Positions 55,969-64,000 of a stretch of DNA of 64,000 bases are shown here, piece after piece. Numbering within the stretch: the first letter of the stretch is position 1; each line of letters starts with the position of its first letter. Position numbers and translations under genes: made by a program. The notes beneath the pieces were generated by a model. The model did no database searches. It was not told the DNA's origin and saw only the letters and a program-made list of their open reading frames with translations. Location of the stretch: positions 121,438 to 185,437 of IMG/VR virus record IMGVR_UViG_3300034684_000299. One strand, given 5' to 3'. The stretch is from a virus.

Positions 55969-56214
55969 TCATTTTCCATTGGTTCTTGCTTTAACCACGG
56001 CATCTCTGATACTATTTGTTAAAGCTGTTAATCCCAAAAGACTAACTGCACCAACAGTGCTGCCAAAACTTCCAATAGCTTCTCCAGTTGCTAATACACC
56101 TTGCCCTACCTTTTTTGCTCCTGTTTGAAGTGATTTGCCAATATTTATTTTACTTTTTTGGATTTTCATAGCTGAAGTTTTCTCAAATTCGTCTCTCAAC
56201 ATATTTATTTTCAC
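55969..56214 (-). CDS. Small KTA-leader-type membrane protein
   Basis: MLRDEFEKTSA; one Gly-rich hydrophobic helix. Confidence 0.7.
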   Translation of the reverse strand: MKINMLRDEFEKTSAMKIQKSKINIGKSLQTGAKKVGQGVLATGEAIGSFGSTVGAVSLLGLTALTNSIRDAVVKARTNGK

Positions 56215-56226
56215 TCCTTTGTAAAA

Positions 56227-58686
56227 TTAATCTAATCCAACAATATAATCTTGTAATTCGCCCCAATATTTTTGCGGTAATGGTGTTTCATGAGCTATAG
56301 CGTATTCTAATTGTTCTTTTGAATATTTATTTCTAAATACATATTGGAATTTGCTGTATTGAATATTAAACATTCCGTGAGCATTGATAGTTATCCAATC
56401 ACCATTTATCTTATCAAGTATATTAAAAACATTTCCAACAATATCTTCAGGTGGGATTAAAAATGGGAATATGATCTTCTCTCCACCCTTTAAATTATAA
56501 CTCTTACCTCTTACAACAACAGTTTGTTCTTGACTGCTATAACTTACTAAGATTGTACCATACAACGTTGTTGATTCAAGTAAAAGCACATCATTAACTA
56601 GATTTTTAAACGATTTAGTAGTTGCTCTATTGAATTCATAAGAGGCTAACCACGGATATTGCTCTTTAAAAATAGCTATAGGATCATAAGGAATAGCTTC
56701 ACTTTCTTTAAAAATGTATGTAAAATTGTTAAAAGGTAAAATATTTCTCTTTTTTAATCGTTTTTTAATCGACGTTATATAAGTAAGGTTAAAAGCATAT
56801 ATATATTTTTGTCCAGTATAGCCAGATATTAAATGTGAGAAATCAATCTGTTTTGATCTTACATTCGAAACATATACGTTGAAATTAATATTTTTTTCGT
56901 CTTTCAAAGAAGTAAAGTTTTTGAAATAAATACTATTTAATAATTCTCTTTTAGCTTTTAGATTAGGGATATGTCCAAAGTATTCCTGAATTACAGCCAT
57001 TAAATTCATGTTTATCATAGATGTTTCAAAAGAACTTGGAATATTATAATAAACTGTATTGTATAATGAAGGCATTAAATAGACTAAAGAATTTATGTAT
57101 AAAGTAGTGCTTTGAAAAATTTTTACCATAGGTTGTATAATTATCATTGTAGATCTTGCATCATCCACAAAGCTGTATGCTATACTATGCGAAACATGTG
57201 TTGATAATAATCTTGCAAAAGCATTTGTTGTAGAATATTCAGGAGATATCTTCTTGGCTTGTATAGTTGCAACAGAAGAGAATCTATCTGTTTTACCCCA
57301 AAGATTGGAGACATTAAACAATTCAGTTATGGTTTGTGCTTCCAAAGTTCCAGTTTCAGCATTAGGTACTAATGCAGAATAGCTTATATTTACTCTTGTA
57401 ACGTCATCCCAGATTTCAAAATCAAAATATTTTAAAGTTGATCCGCTTTGTGTTTTCCATTTTCCTTTTATCTCATATTCGCCATAATAAGTTGTTATTA
57501 TCAAATTTATATCGTCAGAAGTCAATAAATCTGTTTGAGGATAGAATCTGATTATAGCAGACGAACTCATGTATCCAAGTCTTCTTGAATATATGTTGAT
57601 CAATTTAGTATAAGGTGCTTTATCCATATTGTGGGCACCGTATCTAATACTCTTGTAAGATATATCTTCCTTTTTAAGGTAAGTATAAGGATTTAATAAA
57701 TTAAGTTCGGGGAATACTACTGGCAATTCCCATAATACGTTTTGAAATTGTTGCAGAGTAGTTGGATATGGTAAAATAATATCATTAGTATTTATTCTTT
57801 TGATTTTTGTATAAATATTAGTGGTAACTATTTCTGCTCCAACTGTGTATAAAACTCTAGAATATAAATTTATAGCAGTGGGTTCTTCTGGTATAAACAC
57901 ACCGCTTCCTATTTTAAAAGTATCTTTATATACTTCATTTTCCCCTGTTTCGTTGTTTATATACTCTAAAAAGATGGAAACAAACTTAAATTCTGATGGT
58001 ACTCGAATTAACGAATAAAACTTTTCCAAACTGCCAAAGTTCTTTTCAAAAAGAATCGGAAGATTAATTTTGTATGTGTGATGTAGATTTTTAAGTATCA
58101 TGTAAGCATGGACAGGTTCTTTTTTGATCCCATCAACGTCATAATAAAATTTCAAAGTTTCTTCTGGAGTGATAATCTTGTTTTCCAAATTTCTTTCTTG
58201 AGAAAATTTCTTATAACCTTTGTATCTGTCGCTTCTAATTTCAAAGTTTATATTAGAACAAACCATTTCTTGATTTAATGGTCCTCTTGTAACATTGTTT
58301 TTAACAGGGACGTTGTAAATTAAATATCGTGTAAGAGTATTTTTGGAATTATCGAAGCCTATTACTTCTATATCCACATATTTAGCTTGATATGGTACAT
58401 ACAACAGTAAATATCTTTTATTGAACTTTTGTAAATAACGATAAAAAGGATAAAAATAACTAGTATAATCTGCTGTTTTTATTTTAATATTAGCTTTTTC
58501 AAATTCTATATTACTATTCCAATTTAATTTAATAGCATTCCAATTTTCACCAACAAAAGGTCTAGCTAGCATTTCATCGAGAGCATGCTGTGTAATAATG
58601 TTTGTATTTATTGAGTCATAAAGCACTTTACTTCCTACATTTAAATAGGCAACTTCCTCTCTTTGAACTTTTATTTGTAAATTCAA
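56227..58686 (-). CDS. Large hypothetical structural protein
   Basis: 819 aa, TTG start with AAGGGG RBS. Confidence 0.75.
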   Translation of the reverse strand: MNLQIKVQREEVAYLNVGSKVLYDSINTNIITQHALDEMLARPFVGENWNAIKLNWNSNIEFEKANIKIKTADYTSYFYPFYRYLQKFNKRYLLLYVPYQAKYVDIEVIGFDNSKNTLTRYLIYNVPVKNNVTRGPLNQEMVCSNINFEIRSDRYKGYKKFSQERNLENKIITPEETLKFYYDVDGIKKEPVHAYMILKNLHHTYKINLPILFEKNFGSLEKFYSLIRVPSEFKFVSIFLEYINNETGENEVYKDTFKIGSGVFIPEEPTAINLYSRVLYTVGAEIVTTNIYTKIKRINTNDIILPYPTTLQQFQNVLWELPVVFPELNLLNPYTYLKKEDISYKSIRYGAHNMDKAPYTKLINIYSRRLGYMSSSAIIRFYPQTDLLTSDDINLIITTYYGEYEIKGKWKTQSGSTLKYFDFEIWDDVTRVNISYSALVPNAETGTLEAQTITELFNVSNLWGKTDRFSSVATIQAKKISPEYSTTNAFARLLSTHVSHSIAYSFVDDARSTMIIIQPMVKIFQSTTLYINSLVYLMPSLYNTVYYNIPSSFETSMINMNLMAVIQEYFGHIPNLKAKRELLNSIYFKNFTSLKDEKNINFNVYVSNVRSKQIDFSHLISGYTGQKYIYAFNLTYITSIKKRLKKRNILPFNNFTYIFKESEAIPYDPIAIFKEQYPWLASYEFNRATTKSFKNLVNDVLLLESTTLYGTILVSYSSQEQTVVVRGKSYNLKGGEKIIFPFLIPPEDIVGNVFNILDKINGDWITINAHGMFNIQYSKFQYVFRNKYSKEQLEYAIAHETPLPQKYWGELQDYIVGLD

Positions 58687-58719
58687 TTTTTTATCCCCTT
58701 ACCTTTTGTTGCCAGATAT

Positions 58720-59118
58720 TTAGAATTTAGATTTTTTTTGAGTTATATCCGAGTATTCTGAAAAATTTCTAGAAAGTGCATTTTTGCTGGTTAAAACTTT
58801 GAAATACATAAATTCCAATTCACTAGCTTTTGCAATATCTTTTGGTTCTTGTCCACGATTTGCTTCATTGTTAAGTAAAAACATATAATTTTGATGTTTA
58901 TATAATATCATTAGTTCTTCATTACTTTGAGCTATAGCTTTTTTAACTTGTTTTGTGAGAAGATAAACTTGTTCCTGAAGTTCTTTCTCTTTATTGACTT
59001 CTTTTTTTCTTTTCAGTAATTTGATAATTATATATTCAATTAAACAGATAGAAGCAATAAACTTTAAGATATTAAAAAACCAAAAGGCAAATTCTAAATC
59101 AGTCATCATTGAATTCAC
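58720..59118 (-). CDS. Single-TM membrane protein (lysis-associated?)
   Basis: N-terminal TM helix; overlaps the upstream membrane gene. Confidence 0.6.
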   Translation of the reverse strand: MNSMMTDLEFAFWFFNILKFIASICLIEYIIIKLLKRKKEVNKEKELQEQVYLLTKQVKKAIAQSNEELMILYKHQNYMFLLNNEANRGQEPKDIAKASELEFMYFKVLTSKNALSRNFSEYSDITQKKSKF

Positions 59119-59521
59119 CGCTCTTTTCAGACGATTTAGAAGTTTTGCCGTTAACGAAATCTAATCCTTCTTTAGTTTTATACAATTTATTTATCATTTC
59201 AATAATATCGTCTGTATTCTCTTTATCCTGATTATAATTTGATAATACAGCTTGTTTCTCGAGATGTTTAATAATAGTTTGAAATAATACAGGATCACCT
59301 AATATTATTTTTATAATGTCACTTTGTAATCTTTGTATGAACAAAATTTCTTTCAATAATTTAGCAAAATCACTCATATTCTTATTGTAATTTTCTCTTG
59401 TTTTCGATTCGCTTTTCAATACTTGTATTAATAACAACAACAAAATTATAGTTATAACAGGTAATATACCTATCTCAACTATTATTGAAAATAAGTCTTT
59501 GCTTGAATTAATTAATTCCAC
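59099..59521 (-). CDS. Single-TM protein, BhlA-type holin-like (tentative)
   Basis: EIGILPVITIILLLLLIQVLK followed by KTRE..Y. Confidence 0.4.
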   Translation of the reverse strand: MELINSSKDLFSIIVEIGILPVITIILLLLLIQVLKSESKTRENYNKNMSDFAKLLKEILFIQRLQSDIIKIILGDPVLFQTIIKHLEKQAVLSNYNQDKENTDDIIEMINKLYKTKEGLDFVNGKTSKSSEKSGEFNDD

Positions 59522-60021
59522 TTTTGTTGCCCCCCAACAAAAAAAGAAGTTAAAAATTCCCCGTCGATAACCAATGAATATCGGTTTGGAAATAGTGTTT
59601 CTAATAAAACTGAATGTATATAAAAATCATCGATTCGTTTTGTTATATAATTTAATGAATACCTTTCACCTGCCCAATTAACAGCTTCTATTTTGTGTTC
59701 TTCGTCTTCATTGGTTAGAAAAAAGAAGTGCGAAGAGTTTGCTTTATTAGAGGTTCGAAATCCGTGCAATTCGTAATTTCCTCTTTCGTTTAAAATAATC
59801 ACTATTAAATAATTGAATGGTTCATATATATCCAAAAGATACATATAACCATTATCGTTGTAAGGGGAAGATGTGTATTTCAAATCTATTCTCTTTAAAT
59901 TTTCATCAAACGAATATATTCTTATTATTTTGCTTAAGGAAAAAAGTTTGATTTTCGTTCCAATTAAAAAATCATCGGTAATATTTTGACAAATAGTAGA
60001 AGTTATAATATTTGTTGCCAT
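59512..60021 (-). CDS. Hypothetical protein
   Basis: 169 aa, overlap-coupled to neighbours. Confidence 0.7.
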   Translation of the reverse strand: MATNIITSTICQNITDDFLIGTKIKLFSLSKIIRIYSFDENLKRIDLKYTSSPYNDNGYMYLLDIYEPFNYLIVIILNERGNYELHGFRTSNKANSSHFFFLTNEDEEHKIEAVNWAGERYSLNYITKRIDDFYIHSVLLETLFPNRYSLVIDGEFLTSFFVGGQQKWN

Positions 60022-60536
60022 AATAAATTCCCCAAGCTTAAAATTGAAGGTTTAATTAAACAATATGCATTTTCTTTATTCAATGAAATATTATATTGGA
60101 CAGAATTACCAGATAACAAATTAAATTCTTTTTTGGTTGTATTATCGGTAAAATGCCCGTCTCCAATGATTTCTAATGAAAAAACGAAATTAACTGGTTC
60201 TTGATTCTCTATTTCATAAGTAAAAGTTAAATCATTTGAACCATATTGATCCGAAAATATAATCTTTATTGCACTGCTAACAACTGCTTTGAAAACAGAT
60301 CCTTTAATTCTCCACATACCATTGAGATATTGGCATAAGTCAGAAGATAATTGTTTGATAGCGACAGTATTATGCATGTTATCTAAAAATACAACAGCAA
60401 CAGGATCCATTCCCAACAATGGATCTGTTACAGATGTAGTATAATAAGCAGTTTCTGAAATATATACAGGAACTTTAATTTCAGGAGATAAAAAAGATTT
60501 GGCTGCAGGTTGCCCATTAATTCTTAAATAAAGCAT
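60003..60536 (-). CDS. Hypothetical beta-rich protein
   Basis: 177 aa, overlap-coupled. Confidence 0.7.
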   Translation of the reverse strand: MLYLRINGQPAAKSFLSPEIKVPVYISETAYYTTSVTDPLLGMDPVAVVFLDNMHNTVAIKQLSSDLCQYLNGMWRIKGSVFKAVVSSAIKIIFSDQYGSNDLTFTYEIENQEPVNFVFSLEIIGDGHFTDNTTKKEFNLLSGNSVQYNISLNKENAYCLIKPSILSLGNLLWQQIL

Positions 60537-60537
60537 T

Positions 60538-61275
60538 TTATAACACCGCTACAGTATTACCAGACGCCTTTATATGGTAATTTAAGAAAAATAAGCTTTT
60601 ATCGATGGCTGTCCATGCCCCTGTATCTTTTGTCAAATCCATGGTTAAAGTTACTTCTAATACAGCTCCATTTGTTGTATAAGAAGATCCAATTACACCA
60701 GACGACAAATCAGAACCAGCTACTCCATTACCCGTAAAAATAGTCGTTGTACCTGATTTTATAGTTAAGCTTATTGTATCCATATCAGGATATAAATCAC
60801 CATCTAAATTAGCAGTACTCAAAAGATCTTCAACGGTAATTATTACATTTTCATAATCATTGTCAGTAAAAGTGATTTGAAAAGTTTTAGAGATGACTTG
60901 ATTGTTGTTTGTAACTATATCCGATTTGGTAAAGAATTCGTTGGGATCTGAACTATCAAATAAAGGATTTCCTGTAGTTTTTATTAAAGATACAGCTCCG
61001 TTGAATCCTGTAGGAACATAAAGCGTACCTGCAGTGTTATCATAGATGAATCCAGCAGGAACAGGGAACGATGAAGTATTAGTATCGTATATCAATTTGT
61101 TGACTTTATCTAATCCAGTTTTATCTTTATCGTATATAACCAACCTATAATCACCTTTTGAAATCGAATCTACAAATTCTGTTGGCAATGTATAAGTGGT
61201 ATCTGGTACTGCTGGATTAACAGCCCAATCTTTATTTAAAGCAATGCCGGTAGTATCACGAAAAATTATAGCCAT
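60538..61275 (-). CDS. Thr/Asp-rich putative virion protein
   Basis: 245 aa, beta-rich composition. Confidence 0.7.
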   Translation of the reverse strand: MAIIFRDTTGIALNKDWAVNPAVPDTTYTLPTEFVDSISKGDYRLVIYDKDKTGLDKVNKLIYDTNTSSFPVPAGFIYDNTAGTLYVPTGFNGAVSLIKTTGNPLFDSSDPNEFFTKSDIVTNNNQVISKTFQITFTDNDYENVIITVEDLLSTANLDGDLYPDMDTISLTIKSGTTTIFTGNGVAGSDLSSGVIGSSYTTNGAVLEVTLTMDLTKDTGAWTAIDKSLFFLNYHIKASGNTVAVL

Positions 61276-61348
61276 TTTAATTAGGTGCTTGATTCTCTAT
61301 TTAAATAAACAGAGATAAACGCACCATACCTCCTTTCTATTAAAATTT

Positions 61349-61948
61349 TCAAATTAGTTCTTCGTACATCATTAAGATTTTTGTTGCACCGGTAGGATTT
61401 GTCATAGTACAATTGACAAATTTACTCTGCAAAATCAAATAATCAGTATAATATTTTTTACCAATAACAGTGATACCATCGACTCCATATACATTTTCTT
61501 CATAAATATTAGAAACCAAAATATCAGGATTAGAATCAATTCTATCTGCTCCTGCAAAACAAATCATATAAGATGTATTTGGAGCAGTTTTTGTTGGTTT
61601 CTTAACACCTGAACTATATTCAGTCGGGGTAGCTAATCCTGCATAAAATGAATACATATTAACTGCTTCAGGAGTTGTAAAAGGAATATCAAATGAAAAT
61701 TGTACAGATAATATTTCAGTAGTATCGTCATCTAGAAACCATGCTCTAAGATATCTTTGCATTGAATAGACGGTAGTGGAGGGATCAATTTTTACCCCCA
61801 TGTTTATATCAGAACCGTCAATATAATTGTCCACATCGCCTATAATGATTAATGGATTCGGAGACGATATGTCAATAGTTGAAGGGAAATGGTTAATACC
61901 AACATTAGGATCACCCCAAGCAACTTGATATTTTACTGTTCTAGCCAT
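61349..61948 (-). CDS. Putative virion protein
   Basis: 199 aa, beta-rich composition. Confidence 0.7.
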   Translation of the reverse strand: MARTVKYQVAWGDPNVGINHFPSTIDISSPNPLIIIGDVDNYIDGSDINMGVKIDPSTTVYSMQRYLRAWFLDDDTTEILSVQFSFDIPFTTPEAVNMYSFYAGLATPTEYSSGVKKPTKTAPNTSYMICFAGADRIDSNPDILVSNIYEENVYGVDGITVIGKKYYTDYLILQSKFVNCTMTNPTGATKILMMYEELI

Positions 61949-62012
61949 ATTTTATTGCCGAACATATTATATGTTCTGGCTTCTATCCTCCTTTTAAAAA
62001 TTATTGCAAATA

Positions 62013-62056
62013 GGTGCCAGGAGTTCCCTGCCCCAACGAGCAGGGAAAATAGCACC
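62013..62056. other. Intergenic GC-rich stem-loop
   Basis: Outer GGTGC/GCACC stem and inner TTCCCTGC/GCAGGGAA stem. Confidence 0.6.
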
Positions 62057-62097
62057 TTTTCTTTGTTATCAGATTTTGATAGAACAAAGAAACAATA

Positions 62098-62901
62098 TCA
62101 AATAATTATTCTTGAATCATAAGATACGTCAAATAATTCATTAATTTTTGACTCTACTGGTTCTAATTCATTATTCATATTAACGTATAAAACACTAGCT
62201 TCAGTTCTGACGTCTGCCATTACTCCTTCTCTAACAATGGAACCGTCTGTAGCTTTAATATCTAAAATAACTTTATCTCCTTCAGAAAAATCGGTAGAAG
62301 AAATATTTAATTTAAGTTCATAAACACCAGTATTTCCAACTTTAATAAAAGAAAATCCACCATATATATCTTTCTTTAAAGGATATTTAAAAGTAATTGT
62401 TGTTCCGTTAATTTCAGAAACTTTCAAATATTGTGAATATTCTTCCATTATACCCGAAATTTCTGTTTCAACTTCACCCCATGTTGTTGTTGTACCGATA
62501 GTTAGAGTACTACTGATGGCATCAAGCCGAGCTTGTAATTCTGATACTAAAGCAGTTCTAGTTCCGTTAGGATCAATAACTGTTGTAGATATAGGCCCAA
62601 TTTTAACTTTATCGGTTACAGATACCCCAGTGTTTCCTGAAACTGTTACATCGTATATAGCTGTTGCTGAATTTAATACATCTACATCATTTGAAACTGT
62701 AATAGCAGGAGAATAATCCGTTATATGAGGCATGATAATTTCACTTAAATTATGAACGGTATCTGTAATTCCAGTTATTGTTTTTGCTGTGGAAGTTTTA
62801 TCTAAAACACGTATATTTGCTTGTAAAGTTTTAGCCAATGAATTTAATCCTGCATTAACTATGACAGTAGCAGTTTCATTTATAACAAACGTATTAGCCA
62901 T
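62098..62901 (-). CDS. Putative virion protein (paralog of 62918)
   Basis: MANTFV...YPLKKD...KVGNTGVYE. Confidence 0.75.
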   Translation of the reverse strand: MANTFVINETATVIVNAGLNSLAKTLQANIRVLDKTSTAKTITGITDTVHNLSEIIMPHITDYSPAITVSNDVDVLNSATAIYDVTVSGNTGVSVTDKVKIGPISTTVIDPNGTRTALVSELQARLDAISSTLTIGTTTTWGEVETEISGIMEEYSQYLKVSEINGTTITFKYPLKKDIYGGFSFIKVGNTGVYELKLNISSTDFSEGDKVILDIKATDGSIVREGVMADVRTEASVLYVNMNNELEPVESKINELFDVSYDSRIII

Positions 62902-62917
62902 TTAAATCCCCCCTTAA

Positions 62918-63610
62918 TTAAATGTAAATTTGAACATAATTTTTCGAATACATATAACTTACTCTGGTATTTAACCTTTGAATTCTCGATTGAAGCTCTG
63001 CACTACTTTCGACTTCTGATTTTCTAACTACTGCTTTAACAGTTTGACTAATTTGCCCTTGTTCATCCTCGATGAAGAACATTATTTTATCTCCATTAGC
63101 CCATGTTGTAGAATCTACATTAAAAGTATATTCATAGTAACCAGTATTTTGCACCTTATGAACTTCATCGTTTGCGGATACAGAAACTTTCAATGGGAAT
63201 TTCAATATAATGGTATCTGTAGTTGCATGAGATACTATGTCCATTACTTCATTAAATTTGTTCCACACTCTAGAACCGACTGTTTCAGAACCTATGTAAA
63301 TAGCATCTCCTGCTTTCAAGTCGTAAGCACTATCAACTGTAATACTGTATAAATCGACTTCTGGATTAGAAACATCCTTTGCTTCTTGAATTAAGGGAAC
63401 AGTTGTAAAGTCAACAATACTAGTATCCATATGCTCACTTAAAGTTATTACTGGTGCTGTGGTATCATCATACGTAACATTTGAAACTGTTTTTGTATTT
63501 CCAGAAACATCTTCGGCTAAAATCTTACCTTTAACAGTTAGTCCAAAAAGATTTCTGTTTGTATCCAAAATAATAGGAGTTTGTTCTCCTAAAACGAATA
63601 CATCTGCCAT
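62918..63610 (-). CDS. Putative virion protein (paralog of 62098)
   Basis: Start moved to MADVFV; FPLKVS...KVQNTGYYE. Confidence 0.75.
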   Translation of the reverse strand: MADVFVLGEQTPIILDTNRNLFGLTVKGKILAEDVSGNTKTVSNVTYDDTTAPVITLSEHMDTSIVDFTTVPLIQEAKDVSNPEVDLYSITVDSAYDLKAGDAIYIGSETVGSRVWNKFNEVMDIVSHATTDTIILKFPLKVSVSANDEVHKVQNTGYYEYTFNVDSTTWANGDKIMFFIEDEQGQISQTVKAVVRKSEVESSAELQSRIQRLNTRVSYMYSKNYVQIYI

Positions 63611-63640
63611 GTAAATCCCCCCTTTGTTTTTTGCTTTCAA

Positions 63641-63657
63641 TTAATTATAACATGTGG
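63641..63657 (-). promoter_or_regulatory. Promoter motif CCACATGTTATAATTAA, copy 2
   Basis: Identical to 40896-40912; heads the structural operon. Confidence 0.6.
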
Positions 63658-63720
63658 CAAGAACTAGAAAGGTGTTTTTAGCTTTAGAATAGAAAAATTT
63701 AGTATATGAGCTTTTATCAT

Positions 63721-64000
63721 AAAGTGCAAGAAGACACCCACCTCTATAGGTGGGGGATGAATTGCACCTATAGTACACAAAATCCTTTTCTAAACATATA
63801 AGGCTTAACTAAACTTGTTTTAACTGGTTTAGACAGTTCCACTAACCTAATATATTCTCCTTTGTTTTGTATGCCTTTAACAGTATATTTTTTCCCTTGG
63901 TATATAACAATATCCTTAGGCTGATAAGAATATCTTTGCTTACGGATACTTCTTCTTCCACTTGACTTTTTAGTTCCACGATACTTACGAAGGTTTTCTT
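63721..64000. mobile_element. IS200/IS605 IscB element, left end (runs off the window)
   Basis: GCAAGAAGACACCCACCTCTATAGGTGGGGGATGAATTGC end hairpin abuts the iscB stop. Confidence 0.75.
63768..64000 (-). CDS. iscB: IscB RNA-guided nuclease, C-terminal fragment (5'-partial, absent from ORF track)
   Basis: Manual translation ENLRKYRGTKKSSGRRSIRKQRYSYQPKDIVIYQGKKYTVKGIQNKGEYIRL...FRKGFCVL* resembles IscB C-termini. IsrB cannot be excluded from this fragment. Confidence 0.7.
   Translation of the reverse strand, partial: ENLRKYRGTKKSSGRRSIRKQRYSYQPKDIVIYQGKKYTVKGIQNKGEYIRLVELSKPVKTSLVKPYMFRKGFCVL

Noticed and set aside
59745-59770. tRNA T-arm-like GGTTCGAAATCC
   Set aside because: Lies inside a CDS and has no acceptor, D or anticodon arms.
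39086-63352. Short plus-strand ORFs in the late region (for example 42115, 47435, 55068, 63044)
   Set aside because: Antisense shadows of minus-strand genes.
1-64000. CRISPR array
   Set aside because: No run of equal-length repeats with unique spacers. The recurring AAAGGAGG blocks are ribosome-binding sites separated by whole genes.
1-64000. Stop-codon reassignment (alternative genetic code)
   Set aside because: The standard code gives dense, full-length ORFs, including DnaN, ThyX, RtcB and TnpB, with TAA, TGA and TAG all used as stops.

Overview
AT-rich 64 kb segment best read as part of a large, probably contractile-tailed dsDNA phage. The host is plausibly Thermotogota, inferred from how closely DnaN and ThyX resemble the Thermotoga proteins. 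The left ~33 kb is a + strand early-type region of about 60 small acidic genes. Most fall into ~11 internal paralog families, and many share an AAAGGAGG(A)ATTAAAATG ribosome-binding site. One family resembles the T7 Ocr DNA mimic. Interspersed are an Rnl2-type RNA ligase, RtcB, DnaN, ThyX and an N4C/N6A methyltransferase. A strand-switch island at 33-38.6 kb carries a SLATT-like protein, Dcm- and Dam-type methyltransferases and orphan antitoxin-like genes. The right ~25 kb is a minus-strand late/structural region: Gly-zipper proteins sharing an N-terminal (D/E)-F-x-K-T-A leader, a tail-fibre-like protein, baseplate-like proteins and a sigma factor. IS200/IS605 OMEGA elements occur three times: an iscB-less omegaRNA mini-element (9887-10241), an omegaRNA with an intact tnpB element inserted directly behind it (29903-31566), and the 3' end of an iscB gene at the right edge. 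Several late genes have a Shine-Dalgarno sequence separated from the start codon by a hairpin. No tRNA, rRNA or CRISPR array was recognised. All homology calls are by eye and unverified by database search.
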